From Vicugna vicugna (lineage: Eukaryota): 64,000 bases of DNA. Where the stretch lies: NCBI GenBank assembly GCA_013265495.1, contig MU059829.1:4112409-4176408 (forward strand), read 5' to 3'. Under the pieces are notes generated by a model. The model worked only from the letters and a program-made list of their open reading frames with translations, was not told the origin of the DNA and searched no databases. Every line of letters begins with the position of its first letter. The stretch's first letter is position 1. This document shows, one piece after another, positions 12,831-24,075 of this stretch. The translations under genes and the position numbers were made by a program.

Positions 12831-14519
12831 CCTGAAGCTCTGAGTCACAGGCCGGGACGCTTCTGGGCGCATCTCTCGCGGCTTCCAGGAGGAACCCTCC
12901 CACCAGCGGGGCCGCTCACCGCCCCCAGACATCCCGCCCCAACGGCCCCTCCTGCTCTTGGGATGTCTTCCCGTCGCCTGAAGATCTCCCCACCCGTCTT
13001 CCCAGGTTGAGTCTGCACTGGTCCCTGGGCTGCGTCAGTTAACCCCAGCCTGGAGCAGCCAGCCCCCTGCACCCTCTCAGAAGTCTTCGTGCCCGTCCCC
13101 CCCCGGGGGGCCCCCGGGCCTGCACGCTGGTCATCTGCCAGGGCGGGGACGTTAGCTTGCAGTTCCTCACGTCTCCCTGTGCCCCGCACTGTGTTTACAC
13201 TTGTTACACAGCTCAGTCTGGGGACTGAGAGATTCGAACAACAGCTTTACACAGAGGTCGGGGCTGGGGTCCACCTTCTGTGTTCTGGGGCAGACCCCTC
13301 GGCCAAGCGCCACGCCCCGCTCTCGGAGTCCGCCTGGGAGCCTGGGATGCGGCCAGTGGTTGACACGTGATGGAAGGGTGGGCTGGACGGCGGTCAAAGG
13401 GCAGAACCATCCTCCTGGCTGGGCAGGCCAGGCCCGAGGCGCGCGGAGCCCTCGCAGGGGGGCCGCGAGGTCCAGACAGCAGCACTTGCGAGCTGTGGCG
13501 CCGGACACGGAGGTCTCAGGAGGGGCTGTGGGGCTGCGCAGGGCACCCGGAAACAAGCTCCAGACTCAGAGGCCACATCAGGTTCATTCTGAGCCTCCAC
13601 AGAACTGGGTTCGTTTTCTCCAGCAAAAGGGGCAGCAAGAAAGAAACACAGAGGTCTTTTAACACAGACGAAAAGAAACCCGTGCGGGCCTGGTGCAGAG
13701 GATGGATGTGGGGGGAACTGCGTTCTCTGTGTCTCCTGCGGACGCCCCATGAACGGCATGCATCAGCCGGTCGTCCCTGAGGCTACTGCTCACGGCAGGG
13801 GTTCCCGCAGACCGGCCTGGCTTGTGACCCGCTGCCCCTCTGCTGGTGTTGGGAGAGCGGCTCCTCGAAGCAGAGCCCCGCACAGGGCACCTGGAGCCCT
13901 GTCACGTCTGGGGACAGCTCTGTTCATGTCAGGCGGTGCCACGGGCACGTCTGCCCACACGAAGGCTTGCCTTCCTTGTTCCCAGCCCTGCGGGGGACCC
14001 GGGGCTGCGGGCCAGGCAGGGGGTTGGTTCCTGGTTCAACCCCACTGACATGCAAAATGACTCTGCAGAACACACCTCCTGGGCTTTATCTGGACTCTCA
14101 GCCAGAGGAAGCGGGGGCTGAGAAACTGCCTGTCACATCAGCTCTATTTTAGAAACAGAGGAGGGATATTTCTTCAAACATGTGCTGTGTCTCTCATGTG
14201 AACTCCAGGTAAGAAATGTCTTTAACCCAAGAATCAATCTTCTGAAGAGCTGGCCAGCTCTCTGGGGTAAGTGACCACAAACACCTCGTGACCGGGCACG
14301 GCTCCCCTTTAGTGCCCTGGCGGCCTGGATGCTCAGGATCTAACTTATTCCAGGTCACGGGAACCACATCACGTGTCTGTTTTCACAAGTCTGCACTTGA
14401 AATGCTACCGCAATGAATTCTGATCGGGCGCGTTCACTAACAGAAACCTAAGCCAGAGGGTACGCTATTCCAACATCTGGAAGAAGCAGACCCGCGGACA
14501 CTCTGTCCCCACGTCCTCG

Positions 14520-14600
14520 TATTTCATCGCTAGCTAGAGACACTGAGTCTCAAAGCAGGTCTGCCGTTTCGACCACGTTACAGCTAAAGGGAGGAGGCTG
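14520..14600 (+). mobile_element. Possible MIR fragment
   Basis: agagacactgagtctcaaagcagg...cacgttacagctaaaggg resembles the MIR segment gaggaaactgaggctcagagagg...gtcacacagctagtaagtgg. Confidence 0.3.
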
Positions 14601-15349
14601 AGAGCAAACGACCTTCTGTCTCCAGAATCCACTGCCGAAGGCGCCCACAGCTAATAGGCCCTGTCAGCCATGAAGAATAACAGATTTATTAGTTTACTCA
14701 GCTGGAAAATGCTGCTGGGAGCTGCTGGTGGTCACCTGACCAGGAATTTAATTCATATTTCCTGTCACCATAGAGCCAACACGGGCTGCGATGTGGCCAT
14801 TCAAATGCCCAGACGTTTCCATGAGCGTACGGAGAGAGACCCTGAAGCCAGGAGGGCTGAGGGTGGCGGGACCGCGTCACGGCGGGCAGTGGGGCAGAGG
14901 CGAGACCCGGCCAACCGCTGGACAGCTGTGCCCCCTTAAACACAAGACCAAAGATGGACAGTGTGTCTTCCCAGACTGGGAGCGCCCTCCCTTTCTGGGT
15001 CACCACCTCGCTCCTCTCCGCGAGGCGGTCAGCCCACCCTCCGAACCCTGGCCCGCGGGCCGCTGCGCGTCCACGCCCGATGCTGCCCCATGAGCGCCCT
15101 CCGCGCGACCCGAGGGTTGCCATCCGCGTAGCTTTCCCGTTCTAGAGCTCTCACACAGGCGGCCAGGCCAGCACTGGTGTTCACGACGTTCCCATGTTTG
15201 AGAACTTTAATACTTTGTTCCCTGCGTTACTCAAAGTACTTCATTATTTTTTTTCAATAGAACAGCCTGCTTCCTGGTTGCGGACCTGGTGACCTCCACG
15301 CCGGGACAAGTCTCAACTGGCTGAAACGTAGGAAGGAGCGCCCCCTGCT

Positions 15350-16460
15350 CCTTTCAACACGTGTGCACACGGCCCGTGTGCTGGCTGACGCGCTTCTAGG
15401 TGTTCTCCGCGTACGCGCGGCGCTCGGATTCACGTTTCCCGGACGTAAGATCACACCACGCTTGCCATTTCTTCAGCCCAGCTAACATGCTGTCATAGAC
15501 ACAGTTTCTGACTGACTGGCATCTTCCAGACACACGCTCCCCACGTACACGGGTCCCCATGGGCTCAGCTGCCGGCTGAGCCCTCTGTGTCGGATGTGCT
15601 GCAGTCACTCGAACCCGTCCTCTTTGACGGAACATTCACCACCACTTCCGGTTTCCTGCTGCAACAAAAGTAAGCCATGTATATTTCAGCAGCTACATCC
15701 ATGTGTCTTCGGCCTTTTTCAAGATTCCATAAACACCGAGTTACGGCTTTTTCCGTGTGTTTTACTGCTCCACGTGCTGAGGCCCGGGGGTGAAGGAGGT
15801 GTCGACATTTCACGTTCCCTTAACGTGAACCTGCAGGAGTGGAATTCCCATCTCAAGGGCTGCGCACACTGAGAGAAACGTTTCGCGTGTGTGCATCAGT
15901 CACTCACTTAGCACACACGCTGAACGTGAGTGACAGCCCGTGTGCCTTGTCTGTCCTGCTTTGCCGCGTTGGCTGTTACCAACTTCCGCCAGCTTGACAG
16001 GGAGACACTGGGCGCTCACGGGCAGGAGGCAGTGCCTTCTGACGGCAGGCACTCACGTTCTGGGCGTCTCTCCTGTTTCCCCTGTGCATCTTTGCACTGT
16101 ATCCTGTGAAGCTTCTCCATGTGTTAACAGTTTTAGCTCTTTGTCAGTATCTTCTAGTGATTCCTCTACTTTCAATTTGCCTTTTAAGTCTAATTTTGAT
16201 TCAAAAAGTCTTTATTATTGTTTCATGAAATCAAATATAACAGCTTTTGCATGGCACTGTCTCTTTCTTGGAATCATGCTCAAACCGTCCTAACCAACTC
16301 CAGGATGATACAGATGGTCCCCAAATTACTCTCGTCAGTTCTTACGATTTTAACTTGCTTACATTTAAACCTTGAGCCCCTCCCCCGGGATTTGCATTAA
16401 GACGTCAGGCAAGAATCCAAAGTTGCTTTTTTCCAAACAGCCGCCCTTTGTCCCACGTGG
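15350..16460 (-). mobile_element. Ancient L1 (L1ME-type) 3'-region fragment
   Basis: Antisense L1ME-like blocks: cggatgtgctgcagtcactcgaacccgtcctctttgacggaacatt; ctgcaggagtggaattcccatctcaagggctgcgc; atcaaatataacagcttttgc; acatttaaaccttgagcc...aagaatccaaagttgctttt. Confidence 0.6.
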
Positions 16461-19400
16461 TGGGGCAGGTGACGAGAGAACTCAAAGTGGCTGCAGGACA
16501 TGAAAGGCTGAGGGTGCCACCCCAGGTCCCCGGGACACAGCTGCCTCGGGGACCTCCCACTTCAGGGTGGGTCAGAGCTCCCAGCCCCCCCATCCACGCT
16601 CATCCTCACGCGCACGAACCTGGTGACACGGGAGAGGTCTGGACGTTCTCAGAGGAAAGGCTTGTCTGTAACGCGCCTTCTGTGCGGCAGGTTACCGTTG
16701 GCACCTGTCGGGATGACTTTCACGCGCTGAGTTGTGCTGTCAAAGATGGCGGCTGAGTTCAGCTCAGGGGTGGTAACGGGAGGGTTCTCGGGGGTACCTG
16801 TCGGCTCCATCCCATGATCCCTGCAGAGGTGGCAGCCCGTCACCCAGGTGCAGGCACTTTCAGCACGGGAAGCCACAACGCTGGGAACGCCCGGCCGTGC
16901 CCGACGCCCAGCTTCGCAAACTCTCGGCTGGAGGAAACGTCGGGAGACCCCCGTGGAGCCCCGAACTCTTCCCACAGAAGTGTTTGCGTCCACGCTCATT
17001 TGCAAGAATTGCCTGAACTGCTGCGGCAGCCCTGCCCGGCAGGACCCGGGCGTCAGCCGGAAGGAAGGAGGCACTGACCCCCGTGGACGTCAGTGCTGGA
17101 GGGGGCTGTGCTCAGCAGGGGCCCCCAGACGGGAGTCTGTCCCGGAGGAAGGCGGGCGTCGCCGACAGGGGTCAAGAGGGAGGGCCCCGGGGCCACGAGT
17201 CGGCATTAGCTGCCCCTCACCCACTCTGCACCCCCGCCTCTTTCCAGGGCTGTGCCTCCCCGTCCCCAGCAAGAAACTCTTTTCTCCATCTGTGTCTCTC
17301 CAGGACCCGGTGGACCCTGGTTAATAGCAGTCACAGTGGTTCCTATTATCCTAAGAAAACAAGATGAAGAAAAGCCACACACGGCTCCATCGGTGGCTGG
17401 TTGAACGAACAAATGGACGGACGAGCTAATGAGAAAGTGGTGGAGGAGAGAAGGGGACAGGCTGCCTGGGTCTGAGTCCTGGTGACACATTTTAACTCCT
17501 CTGTCAGTCTCTCCACCTTTCTGATCAGGAATAACCAGAGCGACTGCGTGAGTCAGGGAACTTGCTCCGGGCACCCGGTAAGAGCCCGCAAATGCCAGCA
17601 GACGTGGGGTCGAGACGCCGGGATGCAAGTCACGTGACGCAGGGTGAGGGCCGGGAAGGACCCCGCTGGTGGTGCCTCAACTCAGGCAACAAGAGCCTCG
17701 CCTCGGAACTCAAGCGTCACACTTCCTGGTCACGCAGCTATTGAAATTACGCACTTTTGGTAAAGAAATTCACTTTCTTTTTCATTTGAATTCAAATATG
17801 GAGTAACCCAAAGCACAGGCACAGCCCGGGAGAGCAGACACCTCGGTGGGCCCTCCGGAAGGACGTGTCCTGCACGGTGCTGAGCCTCCGGAGCGGAGCG
17901 GCGGGTGCTGGAGGTCGGAGCGCGGCTTCCTAATGCAGCAGCACCACACTGAGCCAGCGGCCGACTCCTTGGAGGGGAGTCAGAGTTCAAAGTGACCGGG
18001 GGAGGAGGAGACGTGAGGGGCGCACGTCCCACGGAGGTCTTGCTGGTGTGGACCACCACCCACGCCACCAGTCCCCTGCGCCATCCCAGCTGCATCTCCT
18101 GTCGGTCAGCGGCCCGAGAAGTGCATTGTAAAGAGCGTCTCTTCCCGGGAAGGCTCCTCGTGGTACTGGTCCTACTTTGTGCAGCGAGAGCCAGGTCCTG
18201 AAGTGGTCAGTCCCCCTTCCCAGGGATTTCTCCCGCCAGCCTGCGGGCAGCCTGGTGGCCACGCGGAAGGGCTCGTGGATGGAAGGTGCTCTCCGCACGT
18301 CCTGGCTGATTCTACTCGGAGGAGCTGCAGCACCAGAGAGCTGCAGATGGCGTGAGAGGGAGGGCCCCGGAGCCCGCTGATCCGCGTGGTCGGCCACACG
18401 CTGAAGGTCCTCGCGACAGCAACAGCCCCGCAATGCTGGGCCTCCTGGGCTGTCTCAGGGTTGCGACATTACCCAGATTCCCTTTACGGTGATGCGCATC
18501 TTATTTGAGAATCACTGACGCCAGATTTGGGAGGTCTGATTCCATTCTGATGTCCATTGAGGTGACGTTGAGAATCTTCTCAAGGAGGCTCACAGAGGTG
18601 AGGAAATGGCCCTGGTGGCCACATCGGGCTCAGACCCCTGTGCAGAAAACACGTACGTGCCCTGAGGACACAGCCCCGACTTAGTGCCTGGCACACGGAG
18701 CCGCTCGGCCAAGTGGTATCAGACCACTGAGCTATTAAATCAGGTGACTGAGCATTCTGCAGTGATGTGGACAATCTAATCATCGCGTTCGCAACATAAT
18801 GCCCTGACGACACAAAGGGAAGCCGATGCAGGTACACAAGATGAATAACTACAGAAGCACAAGCACTCGGCGATAAACTCCAACTTCCAACGTCTCACGT
18901 CCAAATCGATGCAAACCTCCCCGCACGAATGACAGGATGGTAAGAAGGTTAATCTTCAGAGATGTAGTTAAGCACAGCGGGACAAATCCTCCCCAGATGC
19001 TGTTAACAAGCAAACTGGCGCAAACAGAAAGATCCAAAGTTCCTGCTGTTTTCCAAGTGACTCTTGTAACCTTTCGCTCAATTATCCTAAAAAGGACGAA
19101 AAATAAGCAGTGGCCCAGGACACGGGCCGACCTTCCGAGGAGGGAAACGGCGGCACCACCTCAGCTATTAACGTGTGCGTCTGGGGAGGCAACAGGGCGT
19201 CCTGGGGTCTCCAGCGACGTGGCGGCTCGGGGAGGCAGCTCAGCCAGGGCACAGGGTCTCCACAAACATGCCCAGCCCCCCCCAGGCCTCAGGTGCCTTT
19301 GACCCTCACCCGCGCGCACGGCGATTTGCCTGCTGTTTAAAACAGCCTTTGTGCCCATTATCTACGTGAGACTGATGTGGGGGAGTCAGCGCTGTGAGTC

Positions 19401-20959
19401 GGCTCCTTGAAGGAGGTGTCGTCTGCAGAGAAGGCGTGTGGAAGGCAAGCCGGGGAGCTGGATAAACTGACTGAATGGCTCAAACAGAAGGAATGTAAGT
19501 ACCGAAGCAACCAAGCCCAGTTTCCTCCTTAGAGGCTCCAAGGTCCACCACGTCCACGGTCACACACAGTCGGGGTCACTCCCTGCGGCTCAGAGTCCCC
19601 GACCTCCAGCGGGAGAGATGCGGACAGGCACAAATGGCACGTCGTACACTTAAGGTGTGAACCACACTATTACTCTGCACGCACTACGATTTACTGTACT
19701 GGGTAACCCCACGCTCCTTTCACAGAAACATGCGATAGCACACTCAGAATACTGCGGATGGGTGTTTAAATTTAATTGCTAAGCTCCATGCTGAGGAAAG
19801 GAACACCCGTTAAGAAATTCTTGCATGGGTGTAATTTCCAGTCTGCTTGGTTCCAACTCTGTTCACTTGGGAAAATGCATCGCCTCCAAGGAACACACTC
19901 AGGTCCACATGCTGCGGCTCGTCCTCTCCTGCCCTCCCTGTCTCTTTGCTCCAAGAGCTCAGACAGCTCGCTGTGAAGCGGACAGCTCTGGGTCTGCACA
20001 GGGCAGTTCACCACGCCACAGGCCTTCTCTGTGCTTCTCTTCGACGAGCTCCCGGAGTGTTGTGGGCAGAGGCCTGGGAGGTCCCAGCTGCCCCGGGATG
20101 CACAGAACGGCCTCGCAGCAAAGGAGGCTGCGGCGCTTACCTCAACGCAGTGCTTCCTGAGGAACTGTTCACGCCCTGAGGCGGAGGAGCAGGGGTGGGC
20201 GTCTGCTCACCTGTAGAGTCGGCACCCTGGGGACCGCCAATCGAGGGCTTTCCCACGGCTCCCTCCGCCCAGAGTTTCTCTCCAGAAGGTTCCTCGTCAA
20301 CATTGAAACACTTTTTCCCATGTGTGAAACAGTTCCCATCACTCTGCTGCTTGACATCCAGCCCCCTGCTCCCTGCTCACGGCTCAGGCGGGCCTGCAAG
20401 CTGCGGTCCAGTCTGGCAGCAGGAGCGTCTGCTGGGCACTGCGGGACGTGCCGATTCTCAGCCGGGAGGTGCGGGTGGGACCGGCAGCGTGCAGCGTAAC
20501 CAGGACCTCGCTGACCCCGGTGCTCACTGGGCTGAGAACCACTGGCCCGAGGCGAGGTCTGCATGGCTGGTCACCTGCTGCTCCCTTCAGTCTCTTCCCC
20601 CATCACCTGTTGCCATTTTCTTTGCCACCGGAGGTCCCCAAACAGACCATGATGTCTCTCTCCTCGAAGCCTTGCTGTACGCTGTTCTCTCCGTCTGAAA
20701 CACTTTGTTTTGCTCCTTAGGGAGCCCCCACCGTTACTGAAAGGGACATCCCACCACCCCACAAAAGGCTGCTCTTTCTTCTAATTTCTTCCGTTTTACC
20801 CTGGTTTTATGTTCTGAAGTGAAGGCATACAAAACCGCATAAAGTCAAAACGACGTTTGTAAATCCTGTTCTCGACACAGTTTCCCTACAGCTTAGACGG
20901 GTACGTAGACACGTAGGTACATACGCAGAGATCTAGACACAGACACAGACGCGAGAGAG

Positions 20960-20997
20960 GCAGGGCCGAGACGGACGGACGGACAGACGGAGACGCA
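20960..20997 (+). repeat. Short (GACG/GACA)n simple repeat
   Basis: agacggacggacggacagacggagacg. Confidence 0.7.
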
Positions 20998-21351
20998 CAC
21001 AAACTCTGCGGGAGTCCTGCTCCCCGGTCTGGGTCCGGGAAGGGAGGAGGCGGGAACGGGTGGAGGGGAGGGAGGGTGACGATTTGAATGCATGCCATTT
21101 AATCCAGCGGCTTTTCTGATTCAGCGGCTTATATTTATTCATGATCTTTGAACAAAAATTATTTTAAAAATGCCACTCATCTGAAGTATTAAGGAAACCA
21201 ACCGCAAGGAGCCCTGTTGGATGGTTACTGTAATGCTCTTAATTAGGAAATGAGGCCTCACTGCGCGCAGCTTGCAGAGTCCTCACGCGGGCGGGAGGCG
21301 GGGGGGCCTGGCTGCAGGCGGGCGGTCCTCGAGGTCAGGTACCTGCCACCC

Positions 21352-21540
21352 GGGCGCCCCCGCCCCACCTCCGACGTCTCAGAGCCCCGCCCNNNNNNNN
21401 NNNNNNNNNNNNNNNNNNNNNNNNNNNNNNNNNNNNNNNNNNNNNNNNNNNGCCCTGGGGATCTCAGAGCCCCGCCCCTGGGGTCTCAGAGCCCCGCCCC
21501 GGCGCCCCCGCCCCACCCCCGGCGTCTCGGAGCCCCGCCT
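21352..21540. repeat. GC-box minisatellite spanning the assembly gap
   Basis: Repeating ctcagagccccgccc(ctggggt) units of about 22 bp. Two ~41-bp near-identical copies (21352-21392 and 21499-21539) flank the array. Confidence 0.8.
21393..21451. other. Assembly gap (59 N)
   Basis: Run of N bases. Confidence 1.
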
Positions 21541-23779
21541 GCCGGTTCGAGAGGCTGCTTGATCAGGTTTGCTGGTTTGAAACGCCGAGTCTCCGCTTGT
21601 GAGAAGTTCTCTCCTGCTCTGCCTGCCTCCTCTTTCCGAGGAAGGCGATACAGTCAAGAGAACACTCCCGCTAGCTGTGATTCTCGGGCCGAGCGTCGCG
21701 CCCAGAGTGTGGAAATGCCGAGCGGTATCACGCGCGTCTCACGGGGCGGGTGTGGCAGCCACACGGCCCGGAGCAAAGCGCTCGCGCCCCAGGAAGAGTC
21801 GGTATTCCCCTCTCCTTCCCGAGCCGGCAAGGACAAAGCTGAACACTCCCGCCCCGATTCCAGCCTTTCCGCGCCGGGCCCTGAGATGCCCTGTTAGCAG
21901 TGATTTATTCGCCTCAAATTTCAACATCCAGTTTCATTACCATCAAATCTGAGAACACACAAAAGATCTTTAAATTCCTCCTTTTGCAACCACGCCACGG
22001 GGCGTGAGAGAGACACAGAGTTCAGCCGAAGAGATTTCCAATTACGGAAGCCACAGGCGCGCGCTGAGCGCCAACCCCACGGAGGCCAGCGCCGGCGGGG
22101 GCTGACCGGGGGCTGACCGCGGCCTGGACCGTCCTGCCCGCCTTGTCTGCTTCTCTTGTCCCAGGTCCAGCAAACGCCCTGGCTTCTGTCAGGCCGACCA
22201 GGTGCGCCTCTGGTTGTAAACTGGGGGCTGGGACCCAACCCGCATTTAGGGTCCAGGACAGGAAGTTAACGCGGAACCGCGCACATCAGCTCGTTCGAGG
22301 TTTACTGCAGGAAAGAATCTTACTTTCATGCTGTTCAAGGTCGAGCTAAAGGTTGCCTGTTAGGTGCGGTGGTGCTGCTGGGTGCAGGGCAGAGAGCAAA
22401 AGGAAAAAGGACCTTTCCCTCCCCCAAGCAGCTGACACGTGTATCAGGGAGAAGAAGTGCCAATCAAGCAGTCAGAGCAGTGAAAGCAGACCGGAGACAG
22501 GCCGATGTGCTTCAGGTGGTTCCTGCAGTGACAGTCCTGACAGAAGCAGCTACACCAGAAAGCTCGCTCCCAACACCGGAGAGCAGATCGGAGGGAGGGA
22601 GGCCGACAGCGGGGCGGGGTGGCCTCACGGGGCCGGCTGGGGACGGAGCACGTTAGCTGGGTCCCGTCCCCCGACACGGCCGCTCCCTGAGTTCCTTCTA
22701 CCTCCAGCTACCGGAGGACGGCAAAGGACAGTTGCCCTGGGTTTTTTCTTTTTTTTAAATTTATTTCTTACCTTTTTCATTTGAACAGAAGTAAATACAG
22801 GGCTGACTACTTGCGTGAAGACAGTTCGACGTTAACAGGAGGTAAAGGAAAAGCAGGACCCCCGCCCAATCTGCTTGCGTTTTCCGTCTCAAGTTTGTAA
22901 CAGTGAAAAAGGCGCCATCTACCGTGAGCCCTGGAGGCCCAGGTGGGTGAAGTGGGTGGGGAGGGAGCTGGGAGGACCCACCCACCCAGCAGGAGTGCTG
23001 GCGGGGCTGGGCCGCACCCCGAGGTCCATCAGACCCGCTGGCTAAAGGCCGCGGCCATCTCCTTGGACGGGAGACCGCGCTCACCGTCCACCACCAAGCT
23101 GCTGCAGGGCGGTGCCCAGAACCCGGGTGAAATGCTAGGGGAAGGTGTCCGGAAGAACTTTCACCCACCAGAGGCGTCCAGTAGCGGTGCAGACGGCTGC
23201 CCAAGGGCTCTGCTAACCACCCTGGCACAGGCCAGCGGCGGGACCACCTTTGGAAAGCACGCTGCTGAGCTGGCAAATCCCAGGGGCCTTGGATGGACAC
23301 AGTGTGGCAACCCCTCCCTCCCAAGAGTTCAGTTCTTCCGGAGGTTTGGGGTCCCAGAGAGAATCCAGAAAAACAGGCTTAGACTTCAGCTCCCGGAGAG
23401 AAGCTTCCGAGCTGACTTACTCTGCATCACGTTACTCAGCGAGCACCACCCCTCACTCCTCGGAGAAACTCTTTCTCAAAATGTGATTTGCAGCTAGAAA
23501 ATCCCACTGGTGATCGGGTTCCGAGGTCAGGTTAGCGTGGGGGGATTGCCGCACACTTATTTTTTCTAGAACATCTCTCAAAAACTCACTCAGTGCAGGC
23601 CTCATTATTTGTTCTTCTGGGAAAACGCACAGCAGGAACACCTTAGAGAACGTGCGCCGCGGGGGTGGGCTTCTGTCTTCAGCCCCGGCGCCCTGGGACC
23701 ACCTCTCTGACTGCTTCTCATGTCATCCTCGTCCACATGCCAGGCACACACATGCACACGCTGAGCACACACTGTGAGG

Positions 23780-24075
23780 TTTCCTGCTCAGGGTCCCTGC
23801 TCCTGTGTAGTCCTCCACCTGGAGATGTTTCCCCGACATCTCTACCCTTTTCACTGGCCCACCTCCCCCAGAAAGCCTTCCCTGGTTGCCCCTCCTTGAG
23901 GTTCCTCAGTGTCCCCTCTCTGAACCTCCAGAACCCTGTGGGCAGACTTCCATCAGGACACGCCCTTGCAGGAGTCCAGGACCAGCCACTTGGCCTGTGG
24001 CCCCCACTGGACTATGGATTCCCTGACGCCAGGACCCAGGTCTCATTGCTCTCTCTCCAGCCCTTGGCACTGAAG
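23780..24075 (+). mobile_element. L2 LINE 3' fragment
   Basis: ctcagggtccctgctcctgtgtagtcctccacctggagatg and cccactggactatggattccctgacgccaggacccaggtctcattg...ccagcccttggcac match the recalled L2 3' end. Confidence 0.55.

Larger units (their letters stand above)
21250..22700. promoter_or_regulatory. CpG-island-like promoter region with multiple GC boxes
   Basis: Dense CpG/GC with many CCCCGCCC (Sp/KLF) motifs at 21350-21540 and splice-donor-like sites nearby. The associated gene is not identified. Confidence 0.65.

Noticed and set aside
15899-15937. Small inverted repeat gtcactcac...gtgagtgac
   Set aside because: The stem is too short for a pre-miRNA and lies within an L1ME fossil; probably chance.
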